A stretch of DNA of 27,038 nt from Thelocarpon superellum (taxonomy: Eukaryota), in assembly GCA_026025795.1 (NCBI GenBank), contig JAPEUG010000021.1:62001-89038 (forward strand), in the 5' to 3' direction. A model generated the notes under the pieces. That model worked only from the letters and a program-made list of their open reading frames with translations, was not told the DNA's origin and searched no databases. The position numbers and the translations under genes are program-made. How positions within the stretch are numbered: the stretch's first letter is position 1; every line of letters starts with the position of its first letter. This document shows, one piece after another, positions 8,935 to 20,300 of this stretch.

Positions 8935-11900
8935 ATGGATCCCCCTCAGGACCAAGCCCTGGCTCAGGAGCGTCTCGACGAGAGAGCCTCCCCTGAGAAC
9001 GTTTCTGGAAACCCGTTCGATACACAATATGATTACGACGACGCCCTTCTACTTTCGACAGGCGTATCACCTACACTAGATCCTGAAACAGGATCGTCCT
9101 CTCATGCAGCCCCTGCCGCCCTGGACCGAGAGACAGCGATGAAATGGATATTCCCCGCAGAGACGATTGAAGAGATTGATTCCGGGCTTGATCATGGTGG
9201 CCCGCGGAGACACGGCGGACCTCCCCACCCGAATCCACCTATCCTCACCTCTACATATGAGCCCCCTACCGATCATGACAGTGACTCCACCGGTAAGACC
9301 TCTGCCCCAGCCCCTAAACAGATGCCGCATCAGGAAGAATCTTGCCCACTATCTCCAGCGATGGGACGTGCTCCCTCGGAGCGAGTCTCATCTGGCCAGC
9401 TCGGGGCGACGACGGAATCTCCGCCACAGCTAGAGAAAAGCATGATTGCGAGCAGCGGAACAGCCGAGAGCATTTCCCAGGATGGACGAATGGCAGGGCC
9501 AGCCAAGGACACACCCCGAAAGCCTTCTCGCACGCCTCCAAAGGGAGTGGAGATTATTGACCTAGTCGACTATCCCGATGTCTTCTTGACAGATCATTTC
9601 GCGAGAGTAGTCCCGCCGCCAAAGGCGAAGGTGGAGGACCCCATCAGCGACGATGACGATGTCATTTTCGTCCGCTCATGTCCCCTGCGGGACAGCGCAG
9701 GCCGTGTCTCTGGGCAGTCTCAGGATCGCCCAGTAAAAAGCGAACCGTTGGACCACGACTACAAACAGGCTCCGGTAGACAAGCCGGACGAGAAAACCTC
9801 TATCCCGGAGCCACTGTGGAAGACACTCAAACAGGAGGTGGATCCAGCAAGCATTAGAGAAGTCAGCATCGGCGCCAAAGGTACCGGTAAGTTGATGAAA
9901 GCGGGATCAGAACGGCCGATCGATTCCGAGCCGCTTCAGCTACCATCAGAAGTCCCTGCGAGGCCTGTTCCGAAGCCAGCGCTGCTCTCAGCTATCAAGA
10001 CGAGGTTAGCGCGGCAACAGGCGGTGGCGGCCCAGAACATCAAGCTCCAGCGTGCCGAAACTCAAGTGAACGAAAGCGGAAATGCAAAATATGCCTCGGG
10101 CATTTTCAGCGCCGCCTTCGACCAGGCAAAAGCCAACGAGCAAGCACGCAAATCAGACGCGGCAAGCCAGGCAAGACGTCCAGTCAAGACGCTTGAGGTT
10201 CCCAAAACCCAAAACGGTGCTCACGATCCAGATGTGCCTAGGGTCAACAAGGTTGATATCACGGAACCGGCTCTAGCCACAGCGCCAAATCACCAGGAGC
10301 ATGCGAACGCACCGGACGCTTTCGATCCGACGACGGAAGACCATTCATGGATGAATCAAGAACTGGAAGACGACTCAGACGACGCTGATCAAGAGGCTCG
10401 GTGAGTCCTGATGACCCGCTGATTTCATTCCGCACTAATCAAGACAGAGTCCACGAACTGGCGACGAGGAATATCCAAAAGGAGCTGGCGGGCACATTGA
10501 CACCAGACGACATCATTGAACTAACGAAAGCGAAAATTCAACAATCGATCCGGACGAGAAGACGTGCGGCGGCTGAGAACCAGATACCAGTGGAAGAGCC
10601 ACTCTTTGTTCCTCAGGACGGAGACGAACCAGCATCGGCATGGGGCCAAACTCCCGAAAGCCTTGCCCATCTAGCATCCCCTGGCGGTAAGCGCAAGCGG
10701 AAGGTCGAGACAGGGGACGCGCCAAAAAAGGTCAAAACCCACCATGCACCGACTGTCGAAGACGACACGGTGATGGAAGATGCCATATTGCCGGGGGACA
10801 CCGACCAGAAGGATCGGCCAGCGACGGATGGAAACATCGTAGACAAGCCATTGCCGAAGACCAAGAAGGCGGCGGGTCGCAAGACTGCTCCGAGGCCTCA
10901 GAATGCCCGAGAATTCCATGACGCGGAGAAAGAAAAGAAGGCAGCAAAGGAACAGGCGCGGATGGAGAAGATTCAGGTGCAAAACGCGAAGAGAGTGGCA
11001 AGGGATGCAAAGGTCGCCGCCAAGAAAGAGGAGAAAGCCCAAGCTCGAGAGGCAAAGAAAGCCGCGAAACAAGCTGAGGGCCCAAAAAAGCCTCGAAAGG
11101 GAGACAAACGAGGCAAGGCAAATGGAGCAGCCGGCGTTGGTCGAGCAGCGAAGGCAGCTCCAAACGGAAAGGCTCCGGCGAGGGCGAAGGGAAAGCAAGC
11201 GGAACGGCCGAACGCAAAGAAGGACATGCTGATGAATTTGTTGGCCAACGACCCCATTCGAGACCGCCTTCAGATGGGTGATCTACCCCCTGAAGTCGAT
11301 CACACCAACAGTACGAAGAAAGGAAGTATTCTGAACGACCTGATCGCCAGCGTCCCTGCAGATGTCAACAAACGACAAGTCACGAACCGGAGATCGGAGC
11401 TGTGGAGGGCCACCAAGTGCTTTGGAAATGCAAAAGTCCACGCGACGCCGGAGGGACGGTGGCGCGTTGCGGGACTCAAGACACCATTGATGCACCATCA
11501 GCTGCTCGGTGCCCAATGGATGGTGAGTGCTCTCGAATGAATTTTGGGCTTGGCCTGGTAATCGTCTCACGTTCCACAGCTCGGTCGAGAGTGCGCGGAG
11601 AGGGTTCCCAAAGGAGGGCTTTTGGCGGATACGATGGGATTCGGCAAGACAATACAGATGCTGTCAGCGATCAAGCAACACCCGTCACGATCATGACTGA
11701 CCGTTTCCTAGGGCTACCATGATTGGCAACCCTCCCCAAAAGGACGATCACGGCCTCAAGACAACGCTCTTGGTGGTACCCAGCAGCATCCTACATCAAT
11801 GGCTCGACGAGATCAAGAAGCACGTGCGACCGGGCATCTTTAAGAAGGTCATGGTCTACAAGTCGGCCGACGAGATGACCATGGCCAATCTCCTGGATCA

Positions 11901-14785
11901 GGATGTGCTGAGTACGCGGCGCCACTTCACTCCAATGAGCTACCACTTACGTTTCATAGTCACCACCTACTATCAGGTTAGATGCAGCTGTAAGATGAAG
12001 CAACCCCCCCTGCCTATATCCTGATTGACCAGTCGTCCCAGATCCACCTCTGGATAACAACCCGAACCAAGAGCTCGATCCGGAAGCCGTAGGTGAGCAC
12101 CGCTCTTAGAAGAGCGGCCTAACTGATCTTTCTGTAGGTGGCGGCGCGATTCGCCGAGCGTATGAATCAACGTGGCGATCTTCACCGGATCAAATTCTAT
12201 CGCGTCGTACGTCCCGGCAGAGGCGTTCCCGCCTGTCCCTCTAACGCTGGTCGCAGGTCCTCGACGAGGCTCACACGATTAAGAACTATTGGAAACGCAC
12301 ATCCCTCGCATGCCAGAATCTCGATGCGCAGTGAGTACAGAGATGGATCTGGGCAGCATCGGGGTCGCTGAACGTATTGTGATAGGTATCGATGGGCCCT
12401 ATCTGCCACGCCGATTCAAAAGTATGCCCCCTTATGCACCGGGAACATCTGGCTGATGCAGTATGTAGTCGGATTGACGAGCTCTATCCTGTTGGTGGCT
12501 CGTGCTCGAGTGGGTTTGCCCTGCGCGGTGATGCTAACCTTCTCCACAGTACATTAATTTCCTAAAGATGAAATACGCCGGCGACTTTAGGACGTTCCAG
12601 AAGTGCTTCTGCGGGGAGGACGAGGGAAGTACCACTCGCGTGATCCATCTTCTTTCCGTCATGATGATTCGGAGGACGCTCAAGGATAAGATCTTCCACA
12701 AACCCATCGTGCGCTTTCCTAACACTCATCCCGATCTGAAAATTGTGGAGTTCGGCAAAACGGAGCGCTTTCTTTATGAATCGCTGGAGGACATGTTCCG
12801 ACGTGATCTCAATGAGTACGTGGTGCCATCGATGGAGGGTGTGCTTCGCTGACTAGCTAGGCAATTGAAGGATGGCACGATTGCCAAGAACCACCGGCAT
12901 GTCTTGGTCATGTTGCTGCGCCTGCGCCAAGCTACAGCTCACCCGTTCCTCCTCCGTACGTATCTCCCGCGCTCCGTTACGATCAGCGGCTAATTGATGC
13001 ACATAGAACAAACCATTGCGGAGCATTTCTCTCTGGAGGATCTGCGGCGATTGCAGAGAAAAATCCAGAAGGCGGCCGAACAGGATGCTCCCAATACCCA
13101 GATTGTGGAATGGGTCCAGGCCAATGTCGACCAGGCCGAACAGGAACGAGCGGCTGGTAAGGCGGCGCGAATGACCCCGTCAACCAGCAGCTTTGGAAAC
13201 TCCAGCTTTGGAACAGATGTCCCGATGGAAAAGTACTGGAAGACGCTCAACGAGGAGAAACTGCTGGAACGCTGCATGTGCCATATCTGCGACGACATGG
13301 CTGTCGAGGCTCAGATAACTGACTGCAGTCATGTCTTCTGTCTGGCTTGTATCCTCCACACATGCCAGGAGTCGGCGGCTGCGGGCGAAGCCTACACTAA
13401 ATGTCCCGAATGCCAACACGCCTTCTCAGGCCTCACCCCCTACACGCTGCTCCAGGCCAATGTTGATCCTGCCCGCTCCGCTTCACCGGCAGCAGACACC
13501 AATGAGGATGCCGGGCGCAAGGGAAGAGGGAAAAAGAGTAAGGACTTGTGGATGAACCAGTCAGGCGACCTCCTACCGTCGGCCAAGACAATCGCATTGA
13601 AGGCGCAAATCCTGGACTGGATGAAGGATGGCCCGAACGACAAGATCATCATCTTTACGCAGTGGCGCTTGATGTGAGCAGCTCGTCTGCGCTGGGCGAG
13701 CTCCCCTTGCTGACGTGACTGGCGCCCGGTAGGACCAAAATCATCGAGCGCATGTGCCGAGACGAAGGGTGGAAAACGTGCAAGGTGAGTGATCGTCTCG
13801 ACTTGGCTATGCACCGGCGGCACGCTGACACGCAGGAGTACTCTGGGGATATGGCGACCAAGAAGCGGCACGAGGAGGTCAAGAAGTTCGAAGATCCTGA
13901 CTCGGACTACCAGATCATGATTGTGGGCCTCAAGTGCGGGGGCCAGGGGCTCAATCTGAATGTGGCCAATCGCGTCTTCTCCGTGGATCTGTGGTGGAAT
14001 CACAGCGTGGAATTACAAGCATTCGGGAGGGTCTTCCGGTGCATTTGCCCATCCCCCTTGTATTCGTGAGATCGAAGGCTAAGGGAGACCACGGGCCAGC
14101 ATCGGCCAGCTCAAGGAGACCTATTTCACGCGAGTTGTGGTGAAGAATTCCGTCGACGACCGAATGCTCAAGATGCAAAACGAGAAGATCCGGATGTGAG
14201 CGGTCGCGATGACGGGCGGGCCCCCTGATTTACCGGGATGGCTGACTTGTCCGCTCACCAGCATCGACAACGCCATGGCCGACGATGGCCATGAGACGAA
14301 GAAGTAAGCTGCCATGCCTCATCGGCCTCGACCCACTGCTGAAATCGAATGCTGATGGGACTGCGCTAGACTCACGACTGAGGAGCTGCTCAGCCTATTT
14401 GTAGGTGACGCTGTTGCAGCCGCATAACCTCGTCCTGACGTGGCTGTCTCCGTTCTAGGGCTGCCTGAAGACCGACAGCGATGGCAACCAATGCGTCGTG
14501 CCAGACAACGAGGCACCTCCCGAGGAGGAAGAGGCGGCCAAGGACGACGGGCACGCTGATGCCGATACCGCCGACGCTACCGCCGACGCTGATGTTGACG
14601 CTCCTGCTGCCGCCGCCGAAGAAGCCGAGGCCGATACTGACGCCGAGACGGAGGCTGACGTGGAGGCTAGTACAGAGGCTGGTGTGGAGACCGATGTGGA
14701 GGCCGATGTGGAGGCCGAAATCGACGTCCAGGTCATATCCGATACCGAAATGGATGCTAACGAGGAGCCGGTGGGGGCATGTTAA
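8935..14785 (+). CDS. SNF2-family ATPase/translocase with C3HC4 RING finger (Rad5/Rad16/Ris1-Uls1 type), about 1626 aa, 19 exons
   Basis: Introns placed by hand at 10401-10447, 11523-11579, 11663-11711, 11912-11959, 11990-12041, 12089-12137, 12207-12256, 12331-12385, 12422-12468, 12491-12549, 12816-12860, 12956-13006, 13674-13732, 13785-13835, 14039-14099, 14196-14261, 14304-14369 and 14401-14458 give one continuous frame of 4881 nt. Motifs: PLMHHQLLGAQWM, Walker A GGLLADTMGFGKT, TLLVVPSSILHQW, Walker B FYRVVLDEAH, RWALSATPIQN, LLRLRQATAHP, RING CHIC..CSHVFCLAC..CPEC, DKIIIFTQW, GGQGLNLNVANRV, motif VI QAFGRVFRIGQ. The start is uncertain (8935 vs 8872). Confidence 0.9.
14554..14728 (+). repeat. 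Degenerate coding minisatellite (approximately 12-nt unit, e.g. GATGTGGAGGCC) encoding an acidic Ala/Asp/Glu tail
   Basis: The sequence gacgtggaggct...ggtgtggagacc gatgtggaggcc gatgtggaggcc encodes part of ADADTADATADADVDA...EADVEASTEAGVETDVEADVEAEIDV. Confidence 0.6.
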
Positions 14786-15226
14786 GGCGCTGGAGGACGA
14801 GAAGAAAGATTCGAGGTCTCCGACGCTGCCCTGCGAACATATTTAGTCATTTGAGGGCTAGATTAGTTCAAGGGGCCCTTGCGTACCCATATCTCTTCAT
14901 TCTCCGCTGCCCCGTTCTCATGGCGAGGTAGAGGCACTGGATGACTTGAAGTGGGCATGGAGTGAAGCTTAGGGGCCTCGCTTTCCGATGCCTTGCGCAT
15001 CTGAAATCCGCAGAAATGCAATCATGAGGTCATGGACAGTTCGAATGCCGTTTCCACAAGTGACGAGAAAACGTGCAGCGGATGCCCAAGATTCGCTCGC
15101 AGAACAAAGCAATGCCATACCTCCCGCCACAGCGAACCTCTCCGAAGCCTCTTTGCGCCAGAAGGCTATCTGTATCTCTCCTGCTCGAATCATCCCGAGG
15201 GAAATGCGGCACTCACCCATTGCCCG

Positions 15227-15960
15227 TCATCTCTCCTTATGGGTAGCCGAGACCTCAACGACGGCATCTAGCCGTTTGAGCTCGACGTCGTCAATCTCCT
15301 CCAACGTCTGCTGCCGGTGAGCCTCGAGCTTGTTGAGCATCTTCTGCTTGTATGTCTTGCAGAATTCTTGGGTTTCAAGCCGGCGGGCTCGGATAGCCGT
15401 TGAAGCGGTGGAGGGAGAGGGTTTCATCCAACTGATTCTCGGCCAAGGTAAGACACTCAGCGCTGCGCTTCTGACTCGTGCTGGGAGCTATAGGGTGCCG
15501 CCCGGTGGTATTGTCCGGCAAACTGGGCGAGGGTCGTAAATGCACCGCTTTCGGGGGAGAGAGGATAGTCGGCTGGAATCAGGGAAGCCAAATGGATTTG
15601 GAGCGTCGTGAGAGGCTCTGTCGCTGGCTGCTTCATCTCCTGCTCGTCTGGATTGGACACGAGATTTAGTTATGTCAAAAGCGGAGCATCTTGACCTCTA
15701 CTGGCCGGTCCCATTCTGTGGCTGCTGCCATATTGCAAGTCGTCGCGGGAATACGTGTTGATTGGTTGGCTCTCTAGCGCTCCAGCTCTTTGACGATCCA
15801 TCTCAACGACAATAGCTTTCGATAGCATCACCTGCTATTCTCTGGGATATGCGATTCTGAACTCATGGCTTTTGCTCGGTTGGCCTGTCGCATCTTTCTG
15901 TGTCAGGACGTCTGCTGAGGCGGCTCGAAAGGCCAAGGCTGCTGTCTCGTCCGCGGCCAT
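15227..15960 (-). CDS. Possible small orphan gene (hypothetical protein with a charged, coiled-coil-like C-terminus); 5' structure unresolved
   Basis: Two candidate introns of locally typical size (15695-15648, 48 nt GTCAAG..CAG; 15475-15432, 44 nt GTCAGA..CAG) join track ORFs 15457-15660 and 15227-15427 and an upstream segment in frame. ATG 15960 has good context (GCCATGG) but an in-frame TAG lies at 15837-15835. Alternative starts are 15828 and 15714. I recognise no domain. Confidence 0.3.
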
Positions 15961-16767
15961 GGCTCCCCGTGAGCATGAGGTATCGGATTTTCCACTCTAA
16001 GTTAGAACAAGCTTTCAAGTGAGGTGCTTGCATTGAGTTTCTTGATCAATGGAGTTCGAAGCACATACTTCGTACTCATCGAAGGTCTTTCCGATGTGGC
16101 AAGAGACAAGACACAGCTCATCAATTGGTGGTGGTAGCTGCACTAAACGCCTATGATATCATCCGCTGGATGGATCTGCACCAGCCACTACGCTTCTAAA
16201 GTTCTAGGTGGCATGGTTGGTACCCAGGTACCCGGGCCCAATTGATCAGGGTAGTACAAATATGTGACCCTACAAAGGAAGACTTTCTATGAGTAGAGGC
16301 ATCCCACCCTCATGATAATGATCCTAGCTTAGGCGCAGAAGTAGGCTCCCTTGTCCTCAAGCTTCGCGCAGTATCGATGGCGGCCGCCAACAGCTAGCAC
16401 GGTCATCGATACCCGCGAGTCGCCGACTGGCCTGTCCACGGAGATACCATGGTGGCCCACGGTCGCTTCTAAAGATGCTCGATAACAGTTGGACCCTCTC
16501 CTATCGAGGAGCTCCCTAGCAACAAATAACTCATAACAGGATTCCAACGGATGTGACCTGTGAGCTGGCACGGCTGGACCTGCTGCCTGTCTCCTTGGTC
16601 CTTTCTCGTGTGCCAAGCGACCACGGTCCACTGTCGGTGTGTGCGTCCGGCACATTCCTCGGGGCCGAGCAGGACTTGGTCTCACCGCTATTTCGCCTTC
16701 GCCCACGGTCGCTCCCCCATTTCCCAGAGTGCGGCGTGCGAGTGCTCGTACCGTAGGGGCGCTGGAC

Positions 16768-17119
16768 GACGGGTAACGGGCCACGGGCAACAAGCGACCA
16801 TGCCCCGATTAGTCAGGTCGGCTTTGGTAATCCGATCCGAACCCGCCATCCCATCACCCCAAGCATCACGGCGCGCGGTAAGGGTAACGGGCGACGGGTA
16901 ACGCTCCACCTTGGCCAGGCAGACGTAGCGTCTCGACATTCCCCAGCTTCGCCCAACCCCGCCTCCGCCAAATGCCTGCTGTTTCTTGTTTCTTTCTCTG
17001 GCATCCGTCTACAGTAGCCGCTGGTGCACCCCTCGTTGGACTCTATGCTCACGCGACAACGGCGTCTCTCTGATGCGCTCCGTCCAGACCGCTTTGCGGC
17101 GCGGTGAGCCCGTTACCCT
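16768..17119. promoter_or_regulatory. Repeated GGGTAACG motif (four copies, both orientations) upstream of the FNIP/LST4 gene
   Basis: GACGGGTAACG at 16768-16778 and 16893-16903; AGGGTAACGGGC at 16881-16892 and its exact reverse complement GCCCGTTACCCT at 17108-17119. Confidence 0.4.
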
Positions 17120-17326
17120 CAACGTCCCCTCACCCCTCTCCCGGCCCTCGCTCACATCGATCCCCTACATCACTTCGTGACCCTGCCTTCCGCCATGGAC
17201 AGGTCGATCTTGTCTCGTCATGCGCGAGGCTATGCCTAGGGCTTGTCATGAAAGTGTACACCGGGATCACAGCCAAAAACTTCGCTGCTTCTCTCTCACC
17301 ACTATCGCGCCTGGTCGCCAGCAACC

Positions 17327-20300
17327 ATGCTCGGCGCACTCTTTTCCAGCGCCGCCTCGAATTCGAGGAACTCCAGTCACCCATCCATCCCCTCGGCCAA
17401 GCCCATCATTGCGCTGGAGTCCGTCCAAGAGGAGAATCACACCCGCAACCTGCTGTTCCCCGTCCTCAGTCAGTTGCACCAGTCATATCACCAGGCCTTC
17501 CCCCTGCCCGAGGACGCGAGCGGCCCATCCCCGGCTTCCCTCTCGGCATTTGACAATCACGGCGAGCTCGAACTGGACAGCCTACGAGATGTGCGCGTCA
17601 TTATCGCCCAAGATGCCACCTCCCAGCAAGCCAAAGTGGTGCTGTTTGACTCAAGGGCCGCCACGGCCGGCGGAGACGGATCCCCAGACGGATCCAAGTC
17701 AGCGCGAAAGAGTCCAACGGGAATCGGACCCGGACTAGGTCCAAAGCCCATGCCGCCACGATCCAGTCTCCGATCCGGCTTATTCGCGCGCGCCCCCGAC
17801 CCTTTCACCCAGCCGCCCGAGGGCCCACCCCTCGGTGCCTTTGACCGCTGTCGTCGGCGCGACAGCCAGGCCAGTGCCGGTCTTGACATCAGTCAGCGTT
17901 CCGCTCCTGCGGATCCGCCCGGCGGCACGCGCCTGCTGCTCGACTGCATGTTTGGCTCCGCCCCCCTGAGCTATCGAGGCGACACCACCAAGCTGCACGT
18001 TTTTCCTGTGGAGCGAAGACCCGTCAGCCGTAGCGCAACTACCAGCCCGACCACCTCCGAGAGCCTCGACTCCTTCGGGCGTGCCGAGGGCCGCCGGCGG
18101 AGCCAGCTAGCGCAGTCCTTCACGCCTAACGATGTTCGCACCTTTCCAGCCTCCTCATCCGTCGCCTCGACCCACGACATCCGCAGCGCGGGATCTCGCA
18201 CAGTGCTGGTTACTCGTACCTTCTCCCTCGACGTCCCAGACGAGGCCAACCGCGGCAGAGACGGCAAGGTGGCATCGCCACCCTCAACGGACGCGGCGGC
18301 GATCGCGAGCCCGCCCGGCTACCCCTTTCCATCGATGGAAGATCGTCTCCGACCCACCAAGCGGACACGTCCGACGCTGCGGAAGAGCCCTGTGTATGCC
18401 ATTGCCCTCGTCTTGCAGCTCCCTCTTGCAACCGGATCGGGCGAGACGACGGTGCCACGTTCACGCCCACGCGCGCCATCGTCCAATTCTGACGCAGATG
18501 CCACCTCATATAACCCCGACCGACCCTCGGGCTGGACCTTCTTCACCCCCAGCCAGGGGCTCGAGTCGCTCTCCGGTCCCCTGCTGCAAGGCAGCGACGT
18601 CGACGATCGTCTCGATTTGCTGGTGGAGCGCTGGGACATCATCAGCCGTGTGCTCGGGTCCATCCAGACCGCCGTCAAGGCGCCAATGACCGAGCTGCTT
18701 CGCCATGCCGCCGTCCTGTCGCCGCTCCCGTCTCCTTCCTCGGCTGCCTCGTTACCACGTACCACGGTCGAGGTCGGCACGGAGACGGTGGTGCTGGATG
18801 GGCGTGCGCGTGTCAAGCCGCCGAAAATCAGCATGCAGATTATCCACCTCAACACTGGTGCTCTGGCGGGTGACACGGCCGTGAAGCAAAAGGTAGAGGC
18901 GGCCTCGGCACGCCTGGTGGATGGGCTTCGCCTGCCGCGGGTCGTGACTGGCCAAGGGCGATGGGGCATGTGGCGTGAGGAGGCGAGGTGGGTGGGCCGC
19001 TGGTGCGGCCGCAAAGAGCAGCAGTTCTTCTTCTTCAACCTCCTGACCGCCTTCCTCGGCCACCACACCGAATGGCTGAGCGCGCTGGGGCCGACATGGT
19101 ACCGTCAGCGGCACTTGGAGCAACACAAATCTCACGCTACGGACGACCTGTCCATTCCCAATCGCACGGTCATCAGCGCGCCCGACAAGATGGCCGCCCG
19201 TCGACTGATCTTTCTGCTTTCGGCCTTCTTACCCGCCAGCCGTCTGACCCTCGACGCTGCAGGGGGCATCGTCGCGATGGCGACCTCGGGCAAGTCCTAC
19301 TCGCAATCCCTGCCGTCCACCTCGCTCTCGCGCGAACCATCCCTGCGTCGAACCATGAACAAGCGTACCGGCAACGCCCCGGTCAAGCGGAGCCGGGCCG
19401 CACCCAGGGATCCAGGGAGCACGTCGATCCTGGAAACGTCCCATGGTCTAAGCGCCGCCACCGACGGCGAGCGAGGCCTGGACCCCGGCCAATTCCGGCG
19501 GTCGTCGGACACGCCCTCCCTCACCGCCTCAGGCCTGTCCATCTCGCAGGGCAACAGCGGCACGCGTAAGGGCAGTGCTGCCACGACTACCACCATCACC
19601 CCAGCTAGCACCGTGCCCTACTTCTCCGTCCTGCAAGCCGACCAGGTTGGCGGGACCGCGGCGGAGCCTCGGCCCGGGAGCAGCGGCAGCCTCGCGTCGC
19701 TGAACCTGATGCACACGCTGCGCCGGAACCAGAGCACGGACCAGAGCAACACCAGCACGGACTCACAGTCGACCAGCCGATGGGGCAGTCTCATCAGCGG
19801 CTTCTGGAGCAATCGGCGGGACTCGTCTGCGGCCGAAAGTGAGACCACGGTCCCGCCCGAGGATGCCAACCCGCCGTCCGGCTTCCCCCAGCCCCGTACC
19901 GCTGAGACGACGTCGCGGCACGGGCAGCTCGCCCGCATGGTCCGACAGGTGCAGCCGGCGAACGGACGGAGCGACGGGGAACTCTATCAGGAAGACTTCG
20001 AGGATGAGGAGATGCCCCGGGTGACCGCGACCACGACCACGACCGCGACCGGATCACTCCCGCAACCGCTCCCCAAGAGCCCGCCCAAGGACATCGGCAC
20101 CTTTGACGGCCAAGCCATTCCCCCGCGCTCGCAGCCCATGCCAGCACCTTTCAAGCTGTCCATCGATGAGCAGGACGGCGTCATCGACGTGGACATCCCA
20201 CTTCCGGGCTTCCTCTCGTCCGCCAACGGCTCGCCCAGCACCTCGCCCTCAACGGCGGGCTTCCTCTCCGTCGCCAGTCTTGACGGACCCCACTCGTCCG

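Noticed and set aside
16219..16248. Run of adjacent 6-bp palindromes (GGTACC twice, CCCGGG, GGGCCC, CAATTG, TGATCA) resembling a polylinker
   Set aside because: No other vector sequence is nearby and the order matches no cloning site I recognise; probably chance or a promoter feature.
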